A stretch of 50,266 nucleotides of DNA. It comes from Dehalococcoidia bacterium. GTDB taxonomy: Bacteria > Chloroflexota > Dehalococcoidia > DSTF01 > RBG-16-68-14. The stretch spans positions 1-50,266 of the forward strand of contig JBAROU010000056.1 in NCBI GenBank assembly GCA_049642385.1. Direction: 5' to 3'. The translations under genes and the position numbers were made by a program. This document shows, in pieces, positions 9,906 through 17,833 of the stretch (position 1 is the first letter of the stretch; every line of letters begins with the position of its first letter). Below the pieces are notes generated by a model. The model did not search any database and was not told the DNA's origin. It saw only the letters and a list, made by a program, of their open reading frames with translations.

Positions 9906-9954
9906 TGGAGCGGGAGACGAGACTCCAACCCTCGACCCTCTGCTTGCGAAGCAG
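9906..9954 (-). other. tRNA 3'-half-like remnant (not a functional tRNA)
   Basis: The minus strand reads CTGCTTCGCAAGCAG AGGGTCGAGGGTTGGAGTCTCGTCTCCCGCTCCA. The last ~20 nt closely match the 3' end of bacterial tRNA-Gly genes as I remember them (AGTCTCGTTTCCCGCTCCA). The T-stem is mutated and no D-arm or 5' acceptor strand exists upstream. Confidence 0.3.
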
Positions 9955-9975
9955 CGGTTGCGGCGCGAACGTAGC

Positions 9976-10860
9976 CTACGCGCTTTGGTGCAGTGCCAGC
10001 GCAGCGCGCACGGCCGCCAGCGCGACCTCCATCTGCGGCTCGTCTGGGTCGCGCGTCGTGAGCGACTGGAGCGCCATGTTGGGCCGAAACAACGCTCGGA
10101 AGATGCCGGCGTTGGAGCTGCTGGCGAGGCGGATCGCCTCGTAGCTCATGCCCGCGATCACCGGCGTGAGTAGCGCGCGCGTGAGCAGCCGCTTGCCCAT
10201 CGGCTGCGGGCCGATAGCCGCGTACAGCACGGACGAGATGACCATGGTCGTCAGCAGGAAGCTCGTGCCGCAGCGGATGTGCGCGTTCGGAAACTTGTGG
10301 AGCGATTCGATCTCCAGCGGTTGGCCGGCCTCGTACGCCTGGATCGCCCGGTGCTCCGCCCCGTGGTAGCCGAACAATCGCCGGGCCTGCGGGACCGCGC
10401 CCAGCACGCGTAAGTAGCTCACCAGCATCCCCATGCGGAACACGCCCTCGATGAGCGCTGCGACGCGCGGGCGCGCGACCTTACCCTCCAGCTTTCGCGA
10501 CGCGACGGCCGGCGCAAGCAGAAACACGCTCGCCGCCATCCCGAGCGAGATCGCCGCGCTGGTGCGCACTTCGCCCGGTTGCGGCTCCTCCGGTTCCTTA
10601 CCCGCGGCGATCTGCGCCGACCAGACCATGGCGCGCATGCCCTGGCCCAACTGTTCGCTAAGCGCTGAGATGCCCCGCGCCAGCGGGATGTGGCGCAGCG
10701 GACCGCTCTCTGTGTTCAGCTCCGTGCGACAGGCCAGCTCGCCGTCGGGCTTGCGTACGCAGACGGCCATGCCGCGCGACCCGCGGATCATCACGCCTTC
10801 GATCACCGCCTGTCCCCCAAGGGACGGCGGCAGCGCAGGTGTGTCAGTCGCTCTAGTCAT
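9976..10860 (-). CDS. DUF1385 domain-containing membrane protein (YqhQ-like)
   Basis: LGGQAVIEGVMIRG, YHGAEHRAIQAYEAG and FPNAHIRCGTSFLL motifs plus C-terminal TM helices. The ATG at 10860 is preferred; the track's GTG at 10887 is possible. Confidence 0.8.
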   Translation of the reverse strand: MTRATDTPALPPSLGGQAVIEGVMIRGSRGMAVCVRKPDGELACRTELNTESGPLRHIPLARGISALSEQLGQGMRAMVWSAQIAAGKEPEEPQPGEVRTSAAISLGMAASVFLLAPAVASRKLEGKVARPRVAALIEGVFRMGMLVSYLRVLGAVPQARRLFGYHGAEHRAIQAYEAGQPLEIESLHKFPNAHIRCGTSFLLTTMVISSVLYAAIGPQPMGKRLLTRALLTPVIAGMSYEAIRLASSSNAGIFRALFRPNMALQSLTTRDPDEPQMEVALAAVRAALALHQSA

Positions 10861-10912
10861 GGTCGTGTTGTACGATAGCGGCGCCACAAGGTGGAAGGCA
10901 ATAGGAGCCGGC

Positions 10913-11557
10913 TTACGCCGCGGTTTCGGCCGTCTGGTGCAGGCGTTCCCTCGCCGTGGTGATCAGCTCTTCATAGTCCGAGCCGTCGCCCGGGAAACTG
11001 CTCAGGCCCACATCAACGCCATCGATCTCCGCCTGGAGCCTGCCAACGACCGCCAGCGAGACCGCTGGTTCGCTCTGCGGCATGAGCACGACGTAACCGC
11101 CATTTCCGACGTACGCGGCCAGGTCAGCCTTGCGCAGCTGCCGGCGCAGCCAGTTCGCGACGAAATCCTGCACCACCCAGGGTTCTTCCGTATCCGGCGC
11201 CGGCTCGATCACCGCGACGGTCAGCCCGTGATTGTAGCGACGCGCCCGATAGCACTCTTCATCGCAGCGCAGCGTGATATACCAGTGAGCAAAGAGCCCG
11301 GTCTCGCGCTCGTAGATGACCAGCTTGCGACCGCTCGCCGCTTGCGCGGATGCCTTTTCGATCAGGACCTGGTTGGTCTTATTGCGCTCGCGCCCCTGAA
11401 ACATCGCCGCACCCAGCTCCAGCCCAAGGACAGCGGCCAGGCCACCCACCACGATCGCGGGCACGACCCAGCCGACCGCGAGGAACACGAGCGCTGCGAT
11501 AGTCGCGCTGACGATGACCGCCACCACGGCCTTCCGGAGACTGAGGTCCTGGCTCAC
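10913..11557 (-). CDS. membrane-anchored degenerate GGDEF-like domain protein
   Basis: Two N-terminal TM helices, then TGLFAHWYITLRCDEECYRARRYNHGLTVAVIE...ADLAAYVGNGGYVVLMPQSEP. This matches the GGDEF-domain layout (TGL.NRR...ARRY..P..L...D...R.GGDEF..LLP) with NGGYV in place of GGDEF. The GTG start overlaps the upstream stop (GTGA). Confidence 0.6.
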   Translation of the reverse strand: MSQDLSLRKAVVAVIVSATIAALVFLAVGWVVPAIVVGGLAAVLGLELGAAMFQGRERNKTNQVLIEKASAQAASGRKLVIYERETGLFAHWYITLRCDEECYRARRYNHGLTVAVIEPAPDTEEPWVVQDFVANWLRRQLRKADLAAYVGNGGYVVLMPQSEPAVSLAVVGRLQAEIDGVDVGLSSFPGDGSDYEELITTARERLHQTAETAA

Positions 11558-12051
11558 GCCGCGTCCTCAAGCGCCAGGTGCTCCCTCACCGCACGGGCGA
11601 ACTGCTCCGCCGTCTCGAACTGATCAGAGCTTTGCAGCGCAGCGACACGCCACTTCTGGCCGCCGAGCGCCCGGCTCCGTAGCCACATCTCGTTTCGCCA
11701 GCGGGAGACCGCGGCTTCCGCGTCTGCCTGCGATGTCTCCGGCATGATCGTGAGGAAGCTGTCTTTGCTGTACCAGCCCAGCAGGTCGATCGAGCGGGCC
11801 ATAGCCTTCGCGGTCTCGACGGCGGCCTGGAGCGCCTGGTCGTTCGCCGGCTGAACGGGCAAGGGCGTTCCCGCGGCGACCATGATGATCGCCACCGGTC
11901 GGTTGTATCGGCGGGCCCGCTCCATCTCTTCTTCCAGGCGATAGAGAATGTACCAGCGAGCGTACAGCGGCCCTTCCTTGAGGATGGCCTGAGCTGTAGG
12001 AGCCCCTGGTGCCTCTGGGTCCGTCTTTTGGGACTTCTTGAAGAGTGGCAT
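11554..12051 (-). CDS. soluble degenerate GGDEF-like domain protein
   Basis: PLYARWYILYRLEEEMERARRYNRPVAIIMV...SIDLLGWYSKDSFLTIMPETSQADAEAA. SKDSF replaces GGDEF and the upstream metal-binding D-x-D/H region is absent. Paralogous to the downstream gene. Confidence 0.6.
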   Translation of the reverse strand: MPLFKKSQKTDPEAPGAPTAQAILKEGPLYARWYILYRLEEEMERARRYNRPVAIIMVAAGTPLPVQPANDQALQAAVETAKAMARSIDLLGWYSKDSFLTIMPETSQADAEAAVSRWRNEMWLRSRALGGQKWRVAALQSSDQFETAEQFARAVREHLALEDAA

Positions 12052-12138
12052 ATTCCTATAGTAATGGTCGGAAAATTGGGGCGCGCCTTTATCCCTGGCG
12101 AAAACGGGCGTTCCAGGGCCAGACGTAAGGACGCGGGG

Positions 12139-12172
12139 AGAAGAAGGCGAAACGGGCCGGTTGCCCGGCCCG
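12139..12172 (-). terminator. intrinsic terminator candidate downstream of rpmE
   Basis: On the minus strand: CGGGCCGG-gcaa-CCGGCCCG (8-bp GC stem) followed by TTTCGCCTTCTTCT. It starts 13 nt after the rpmE stop. Confidence 0.5.
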
Positions 12173-12184
12173 CCTCAAGGGGGT

Positions 12185-12388
12185 CTAGTCCTTCATGCCG
12201 TAGCGGCGCTTGAAGCGCTCGACCCGCCCGGCGGTGTCCACGATGCGCTGCTCACCCGTGAAATATGGGTGGCAGGCGCTGCACACCTCGACGTGGAGGT
12301 CGGCCTTCGTTGCTCGCGTTTGGAAGGCGGTGCCGCAGGCGCAGTGCACCGTCGCTTCTACGTACTCGGGATGGATGTCTGCTTTCAT
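12185..12388 (-). CDS. rpmE: 50S ribosomal protein L31 (Cys-containing, zinc-binding type)
   Basis: [45 protein letters not shown], with both Cys pairs present. Confidence 0.95.
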   Translation of the reverse strand: MKADIHPEYVEATVHCACGTAFQTRATKADLHVEVCSACHPYFTGEQRIVDTAGRVERFKRRYGMKD

Positions 12389-12465
12389 GGGTCTCGTTTC
12401 CAGGCTGTAAGCCTGTCGTCTGGCGCCGGGCTCAAGCCCGGCCTTCGGGTTCGTTCACGAAGCCT

Positions 12466-12735
12466 CTAGCTCGCCGCCTGGTCGGCGTAAACGCTGACCT
12501 TCTTGCGCCGCGGCTTCGCGTGCGGCTCGAACTTCACGCGCCCCTCGATGAGCGAGTAGATCGTGAAGTCGCGCCCGAGCCCCACGTTCTTCCCCAGGTG
12601 GAAGCGCGTGCCGCGCTGGCGCAGGATGATCGTGCCGGGGCGCACGAATTGACCGTCGTAGCGCTTCACGCCCAGCCGTTGGGAGTTGCTATCTCGGCCG
12701 TTGCGACTGCTGCCGCCGCCTTTCTTGTGAGCCAT
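12466..12735 (-). CDS. rpmA: 50S ribosomal protein L27
   Basis: [31 protein letters not shown]. No N-terminal propeptide, and no Prp protease gene lies between rplU and rpmA. Confidence 0.95.
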   Translation of the reverse strand: MAHKKGGGSSRNGRDSNSQRLGVKRYDGQFVRPGTIILRQRGTRFHLGKNVGLGRDFTIYSLIEGRVKFEPHAKPRRKKVSVYADQAAS

Positions 12736-12741
12736 CGTCTG

Positions 12742-13413
12742 TTACTCCGTTTCCTTCGCCGTCGTCTTGCGCGGCGCGCGTTTGCGCGCGGGCTTCGGCT
12801 TCGCGTCGTCCTTCGCGGCTGGCGCTTTGCCGGTATCCTTCGCCGTCGTCTTGCGCGGCGCGCGTTTGCGTGCGGGCTTCGTCGCCGGTGCCTCCGTTGA
12901 CTCTGCCGTCTCCGCTTTGCGCCGCGTGCGAGGCTTGGGCGCGGCCGGCGCCTCTACCGACGGTGGTGCCGCAGCGGGCGCGGGTGCTGCGGCGACAGGC
13001 GCTTCCGCAGCCGCGACAGCCGCCTGCGGCTCCTCGACAGGCGGCTCTTCCGTCTTGGCCCGGCGTCGAGGCGTCTTCGCCTCTTCCTTCGCCTGCTGGC
13101 CCGGCCGCAAGATCTCCTTCACGCCCAGACGGGTGAAGCGCTGGCGGTGGCCGGTCTTCTTCCGGGTGCGCACCTTCGATTTGTACTTGAAGACAATGAT
13201 CTTCTTGTGCTTGCCCTGCTCTTCCACATCGGCGAGCACGCGTGCGCCCTCGATCACGGGCGTGCCGATGGTGACCTCGCCGTCCTCCGCGATCATGAGC
13301 ACGTCGACCAGCTCCACCATCGAGCCCTCCTCAGCAGCGAGCTTCTCGACGGTGATGCTGCGCCCCTCTTCGACGCGGTACTGCTTGCCTCCGCTACGGA
13401 TAATGGCATACAT
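12742..13413 (-). CDS. rplU: 50S ribosomal protein L21 with ~120-aa Ala/Pro/Lys-rich C-terminal extension
   Basis: MYAIIRSGGKQYRVEEG...HRQRFTRLGVKEIL is a complete L21 core (~105 aa). It is followed by PGQQAKEEAKTPRRRAK...KPARKRAPRKTTAKDT...KPARKRAPRKTTAKETE. Confidence 0.9.
   Translation of the reverse strand: MYAIIRSGGKQYRVEEGRSITVEKLAAEEGSMVELVDVLMIAEDGEVTIGTPVIEGARVLADVEEQGKHKKIIVFKYKSKVRTRKKTGHRQRFTRLGVKEILRPGQQAKEEAKTPRRRAKTEEPPVEEPQAAVAAAEAPVAAAPAPAAAPPSVEAPAAPKPRTRRKAETAESTEAPATKPARKRAPRKTTAKDTGKAPAAKDDAKPKPARKRAPRKTTAKETE
12753..12881. repeat. 45-nt direct repeat (two copies, 84-nt period) inside the rplU tail
   Basis: ccttcgccgtcgtcttgcgcggcgcgcgtttgcg(c/t)gcgggcttcg occurs at 12753-12797 and 12837-12881 with 1 mismatch. 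It encodes the duplicated KPARKRAPRKTTAK(D/E)T peptide. Confidence 0.9.
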
Positions 13414-13454
13414 GGCAACACTGCATCTTAGCGGCGATGGGCCGATTCGGTCAA

Positions 13455-14519
13455 TTACGGCAGCTTACGCCCACGACGCCTCGCGTACAGACTCGCCGCC
13501 CCCAGCATCATTGCCGCTGCGACCGCAACGGCAGCCAACATGATGACGGAGAGCCCGGACGAGCCGTTCGCCCCCTGCGGCGCTTCTGCGGCTTGCGGCA
13601 GTTCCGCAACGCCACCCACGCCGGGCTCAAGGGCCTGCCAGTCCGGGTCGGTGCCGGCATCACTGATACTGAGCTGGTTGCTGCCGTTCGCGTTCATCAC
13701 GTAGATGCTGTCGCCACCGTCTCGACGCGTATGAAACGCGATCTTGCTGCCGTTCGGTGACCACGCGGGGAGGTCGTCTGCTGCAGGGTCGTTGGTCAAG
13801 CGCACGGGCGAGCTGCCGTCCGCGTTCATGACGTAGATTTCGTAGTTGCCGTCGCGGTTGCTTGCGAATACGATCTTCGAGTTGTCTGGCGACCACTCGG
13901 CTGTGATGTCGGTTCCGGCGTTGTTGGTGAGGTTCACCGGCGCTGAGCCGTTCGGGTTCATGGCGTAAATCTCGTAGTTGCCAATGCGGTTCGTTGCGAA
14001 CGCGATCTTCGCACCGTCCGGCGACCAATCGGGATCGTAGTCCAGACCTGCGTTGGCCGTGATCGCTGCCTGATTGGAACCGTCGGCGTTCATCACGAAG
14101 ATCTCCCAATCGCCGTCGCGGTTGCTGCCGAACGCGATCTGCGATCCATCTGACGACCAGGTCGGATAGCGGTTGACGATATTGAATCCGGGAATGCTCG
14201 TCACGAACGTCAGATTCGCGCCGTCCTGGTCCATCACCCCGATCTCCCCGTCCTGAATCGAGCAGCAGAACCAGCCGGCGAAGGCGATCTGGGCCCCATC
14301 GGGGGACCACGCCGCATCGAACGCGTTCGGCGAAATGTTGGTGAGGCGTGCCACAGCGCTGCCGTCGGCGTTCATGGAGTAGATCTGGTGATTGCTGTCG
14401 CCCTCACGGAAGCTGCTGAACGCGATCTTCCCGTTCGCGCCCGGGAAGGCGCCTTCGGCAGGCGTGGCCGTTAGCGCCGCGAAGGTGATGAGGAGCATCA
14501 CGAGGCCGGTCTTCACCAC
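13455..14519 (-). CDS. secreted TolB-like beta-propeller (PD40/WD40-like repeats) with C-terminal TM anchor
   Basis: Repeated W/PxWSPDG(S/A)(K/Q)IAF...(D/N)G..EIYVMNADGS units. The start is trimmed to GTG 14519 (AGGAGA upstream), giving the signal peptide VVKTGLVMLLITFAALTATPAEG. The C-terminus is a TM helix plus RRRGRKLP. Confidence 0.8.
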   Translation of the reverse strand: MVKTGLVMLLITFAALTATPAEGAFPGANGKIAFSSFREGDSNHQIYSMNADGSAVARLTNISPNAFDAAWSPDGAQIAFAGWFCCSIQDGEIGVMDQDGANLTFVTSIPGFNIVNRYPTWSSDGSQIAFGSNRDGDWEIFVMNADGSNQAAITANAGLDYDPDWSPDGAKIAFATNRIGNYEIYAMNPNGSAPVNLTNNAGTDITAEWSPDNSKIVFASNRDGNYEIYVMNADGSSPVRLTNDPAADDLPAWSPNGSKIAFHTRRDGGDSIYVMNANGSNQLSISDAGTDPDWQALEPGVGGVAELPQAAEAPQGANGSSGLSVIMLAAVAVAAAMMLGAASLYARRRGRKLP

Positions 14520-14629
14520 CGCCACCAATCTCCTACCTGCGATTACCGCCGCCTGGCTTACCACGAGACGCTGGCAACGGCCGCGATCGCGGCCGCTGCT
14601 GTAATCGCTGCCAGTACCAGTCGCCCGAC

Positions 14630-14657
14630 AGTATATTTCGCCCAGCGTGCTTGTCAA
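14630..14657 (-). promoter_or_regulatory. candidate promoter TTGACA-N16-TATACT for the TolB-like gene
   Basis: On the minus strand the -35 is at 14657..14652 and the -10 at 14635..14630. This implies a ~100-nt leader containing an 18-nt perfect palindrome (14578-14595). Confidence 0.5.
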
Positions 14658-14670
14658 GAAAGGGCCGCGC

Positions 14671-14699
14671 TCGACCCGCTACGCGCGAAGCGCAATACT
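14671..14699 (+). promoter_or_regulatory. candidate promoter TCGACC-N17-AATACT placed 6 nt before the nfi GTG (leaderless layout)
   Basis: The -10-like hexamer ends at 14699 and the GTG is at 14706. No SD lies between them. Confidence 0.35.
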
Positions 14700-14705
14700 G
14701 CTTCC

Positions 14706-15389
14706 GTGAAGCTGCGCGACCTCCACCGCTGGGACGTCACACCGAAAGAAGCCATAGCGATCCAGCGCGAGCTCGCCTCGCAAGTGGTGCGCCGGGGACG
14801 CCTGCGCGGCGTACGCCGCATCGCCGGCGTCGATTGCTCGGTCGACCGTCGCGCGCAGCGCGGCACCGGCGCCGTGGTCGTGCTTTCGTATCCTGAGCGT
14901 GAGCTGGTCGAGGTGGCGGTGGAGGAAGCACCGCTCACCTTCCCGTACGTGCCCGGCCTCCTCTCCTTCCGCGAAGTGCCCATCCTGCGCGCCGCCTTCG
15001 AACGCGTCGCCGGGCCGATCGACCTGCTGCTCGTCGATGGCCAGGGCTACGCTCACCCGCGACGCTTCGGCCTCGCCTGCCACCTCGGCCTGCTGCTCGA
15101 CGTGCCTGCCATCGGCGTCGCGAAGTCGCGGCTTTGTGGCGAGCACTCCGACTTGTCCGGGGAGGACGCCGTCGGTAGCCGCGCGGACCTCGTCGATAAG
15201 GGCGAGGTGATCGGCAGTGTGCTGCGCACGCGCGCTGGTGTGAAGCCGCTCTTCGTCTCGGTCGGCCACCGGCTCAGCCTCGACGAGGCCGAAGCGTGGG
15301 TGCTGCGCTCCGGTCGCGGCTATCGCCTGCCGGAACCGACACGCATCGCCGATCACGCTGCCGGCGGCCGTGTGTTCACCACGGCGTGA
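14706..15389 (+). CDS. nfi: endonuclease V
   Basis: AGVDCS...TFPYVPGLLSFREVPILRAAFERV...LLLVDGQGYAHPRRFGLACHLGLLLDVPAIGVAKS, the canonical Nfi motifs. GTG start. Confidence 0.9.
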   Translation: MKLRDLHRWDVTPKEAIAIQRELASQVVRRGRLRGVRRIAGVDCSVDRRAQRGTGAVVVLSYPERELVEVAVEEAPLTFPYVPGLLSFREVPILRAAFERVAGPIDLLLVDGQGYAHPRRFGLACHLGLLLDVPAIGVAKSRLCGEHSDLSGEDAVGSRADLVDKGEVIGSVLRTRAGVKPLFVSVGHRLSLDEAEAWVLRSGRGYRLPEPTRIADHAAGGRVFTTA

Positions 15390-15421
15390 GCCACAGCGAT
15401 GGTTGTAGTACACTGGAAGCG

Positions 15422-16532
15422 ATGGACGATCTCCAGACACGCGTACGGCAGCTCACCGACCGTATCAGCGATCTACTGATGCGTCTTTGACGTTGCCGCG
15501 CTAGAGCAGGAAGCCCAGCAGCTCGAGCGGGAGTCCACCCGTCCCGATCTTTGGGATGACCAGCAGTCCGCCCAAACCACCATGAAGCGCATGGCCGACC
15601 TCAAGGCGCGCGTCGAGACATGGCGCGGCCTCGAGTCGCGCGCGGCTGAGCTCGGTGACCTCATCGAGTTGGCCCAGGCCGAAGATAACCCGGATGCCAT
15701 CGCGGGCGATCTCGAAAAAGAGATCGCCGAAGTCGACGGGCGGCTCGACCAGCTCGAGTTCGAGCTCACGCTCTCCGGTCGCTACGACACCCGCAGCGCC
15801 ATCCTCGCGATCCACGCCGGCGCGGGTGGCACCGAGTCGCAGGACTGGGCCGAGATGCTCCTGCGCATGTACCTGCGCTGGGCCGAGCAGCGCGGCTACG
15901 AGACCGAGGTGCTAGACATGACGCAGGGTGAAGAAGCGGGCATCAAGAGCGTCACCGTTGAGGTGCGCGGTCACCTCGCCTACGGCTACCTGAAGGCCGA
16001 GCGTGGTGTCCAGCGCCTGGTGCGCCTCTCGCCCTTCGACGCCGACCACGCCCGCCACACGTCGTTCGCCCTGGTCGAGGTGCTGCCGGAGGCGGAGAGC
16101 GCAGCAGAGGTGACGATCGACCCGGACGACCTGCGCATCGATGTCTTTCGCGCCAGCGGCCACGGCGGCCAGAACGTGCAGAAGAACGCCACCGCCGTGC
16201 GCATCACGCACATCCCCACCGGCCTCGTCGTCATCTGCCAGAACGAGCGCTCGCAGATGCGCAACCGGGAGAGCGCCCTCCGCGTCCTCGAAGCGCGCCT
16301 GCTCGAGCGCGAGATCGAGCGCCAGAGCGCCGCGCGCGCGAAGCTCAAGGGCGATCGCATCGCGGCGGAATGGGGCAACCAGATCCGCAGCTACGTCCTC
16401 CACCCGTACAAGATGGTCAAGGACCACCGCACGAACCACGAAACGAGCAACGCGGAAGCCGTCCTCGACGGCGACCTCGACCCGTTCATCACCGCGTACC
16501 TGAAGTCAACGGTCGGTTCGGACGGCGCATAA
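15422..16532 (+). CDS. prfB: peptide chain release factor 2, join(15422..15487,15489..16532) via programmed +1 frameshift
   Basis: Frame 0 reads MDDLQTRVRQLTDRISDLLMRL then TGA. Frame +1 continues DVAALEQEAQQLERESTRPDLWDDQQ... into track ORF 15582..16532. The SPF (RLSPFD) and GGQ (SGHGGQNVQK) motifs are present. Confidence 0.93.
15485..15491 (+). promoter_or_regulatory. RF2 autoregulatory +1 frameshift site CTT TGA C
   Basis: The exact CUU UGA C heptamer is at 15485-15491, and the downstream frame offset (15489 to 15582 = 93 nt) is in phase. Confidence 0.9.
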
Positions 16533-17833
16533 TGCTACGGCGTTCTAGCTGCGGTCGGGAAGTTCTTACGAAGCGCGTCGTAGCCGTTTCGCTCCTCGCG
16601 CTGTTCGCGGCCCTCGCCTGGGCCGCGCCGGGGGCTCGCGCTCAGACCGGCATCGACGTGCGTTCGAGCGACGCCACGAGCAACTTCCCGGACGGCTTCA
16701 CCTTCTCGCTCGAAGTCGCCGGCGCCAACATCGACGACGTCCGTCTCATCTACGAGATCGCCCCGGACGGCGTGCGCACCACCGCCGAGGCCGACTGCAC
16801 CGGCGCCAGCGCGATGAGCTGCACCTACAGTCTCGTCGCCAGCCGTACGAACGTCATTATCCCGGGCGCCGTAGCGACGTACTTTTGGCGCATCACCACC
16901 GGCGGCGAGACGACGGAGACCGACCCGCAGGTCGTCACGTACGAGGACAACCGCTTCGAGTGGCATACGATCAGCGACGGCAACCTTACGCTGTGGTGGT
17001 ACTCGGGCAGCGAATACCAGGCGAACGCGGTGCTCGCTGCCGGCCGTGAGAGCCTTGATGCGAACGCGGCGCTGCTGCAAACGCAGGTCGACATCCCGGT
17101 GAAGATCTTCTGGTACGCAAGCGCCGAAGACATGGCGCCTGCGATCCTGCCCAGCCAGGCTGCTGGTGTTGTCACCGCAGGCGAGGTCGTCTATTCCGAC
17201 ACGGCGATGGTCTCCGGCAGCGGCGCGGAGGACATCGCTCGTCACGAGATCGCCCACGTCGTCGTGCGCCAGGCGATCGGCCCGATCTACAGCGTGCCTG
17301 ACTGGCTGAACGAAGGGCTCGCCGTCTACTCCCAGTCGGCGCCATTCTCCGAACAGCAAGCGTCGTTGGATCAGGCGATCCAGTCCGGCGACGTGCTTTC
17401 GGTGCGCAGCCTCAGTTCGGCGAGCAGCGGCGCCGTCGCCAGCAAGGTGTCGCTGTTCTACGGGCAGTCGTACAGTCTGGTTGACTTCCTGATTAGCACC
17501 TACGGCAAAGAGAAGTTCGCTAAGCTCTTCAAGGCGTTCAGCCAGGGCGCAACGACTGCCGAGGCGCTCGAGCAGGCCTACGGGTTCGACCAGGACGGCC
17601 TAGAGAACGAATGGCGCGCCAGCGTCGGCCTGCCTCCGCGCGCAGCGCTCACGCCGGCTGCCGAGGGCTCGCCCACGGCCACCGCCAACCCCACGCCGAC
17701 GCCTAACGCCTCAACATCCAGCGACGACGGCGGCGCGCCTATCGCGCTCGTCATCGCAATTGTCGCGCTGGTCGTTGTGCTCGTGGGCGTCTTCGCCGCG
17801 ATCGGCGTGCTGCTGTCGCGCCGCTACCGCTAG
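16532..17833 (+). CDS. membrane-anchored zinc metallopeptidase, peptidase MA-like (HExxH ... E)
   Basis: Trimmed to MLRRSSCGREVLTKRVVAVSLLALFAALAWAAPGARAQ (signal peptide). Its ATG overlaps the prfB TAA (TAATG). HEIAHVVV...NEGLAVY motif, Pro/Thr linker, C-terminal TM plus SRRYR. Confidence 0.75.
   Translation: MLRRSSCGREVLTKRVVAVSLLALFAALAWAAPGARAQTGIDVRSSDATSNFPDGFTFSLEVAGANIDDVRLIYEIAPDGVRTTAEADCTGASAMSCTYSLVASRTNVIIPGAVATYFWRITTGGETTETDPQVVTYEDNRFEWHTISDGNLTLWWYSGSEYQANAVLAAGRESLDANAALLQTQVDIPVKIFWYASAEDMAPAILPSQAAGVVTAGEVVYSDTAMVSGSGAEDIARHEIAHVVVRQAIGPIYSVPDWLNEGLAVYSQSAPFSEQQASLDQAIQSGDVLSVRSLSSASSGAVASKVSLFYGQSYSLVDFLISTYGKEKFAKLFKAFSQGATTAEALEQAYGFDQDGLENEWRASVGLPPRAALTPAAEGSPTATANPTPTPNASTSSDDGGAPIALVIAIVALVVVLVGVFAAIGVLLSRRYR

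Noticed and set aside
12401-12442. Two short hairpins (CAGGCT-gta-AGCCTG and GCCGGGC-tcaa-GCCCGGC) between rpmA and rpmE.
   Set aside because: They could be a weak terminator or processing site between the two ribosomal protein genes. Neither has a U tract, and both are too short to be meaningful without transcript data.
14578-14595. 18-nt perfect palindrome CGGCCGCGATCGCGGCCG, which contains NotI- and PvuI-type sites.
   Set aside because: It lies in the predicted 5' leader of the TolB-like gene. The simplest explanation is a GC-rich leader hairpin. No second copy exists in the window and there is no link to a restriction-modification or mobile element.
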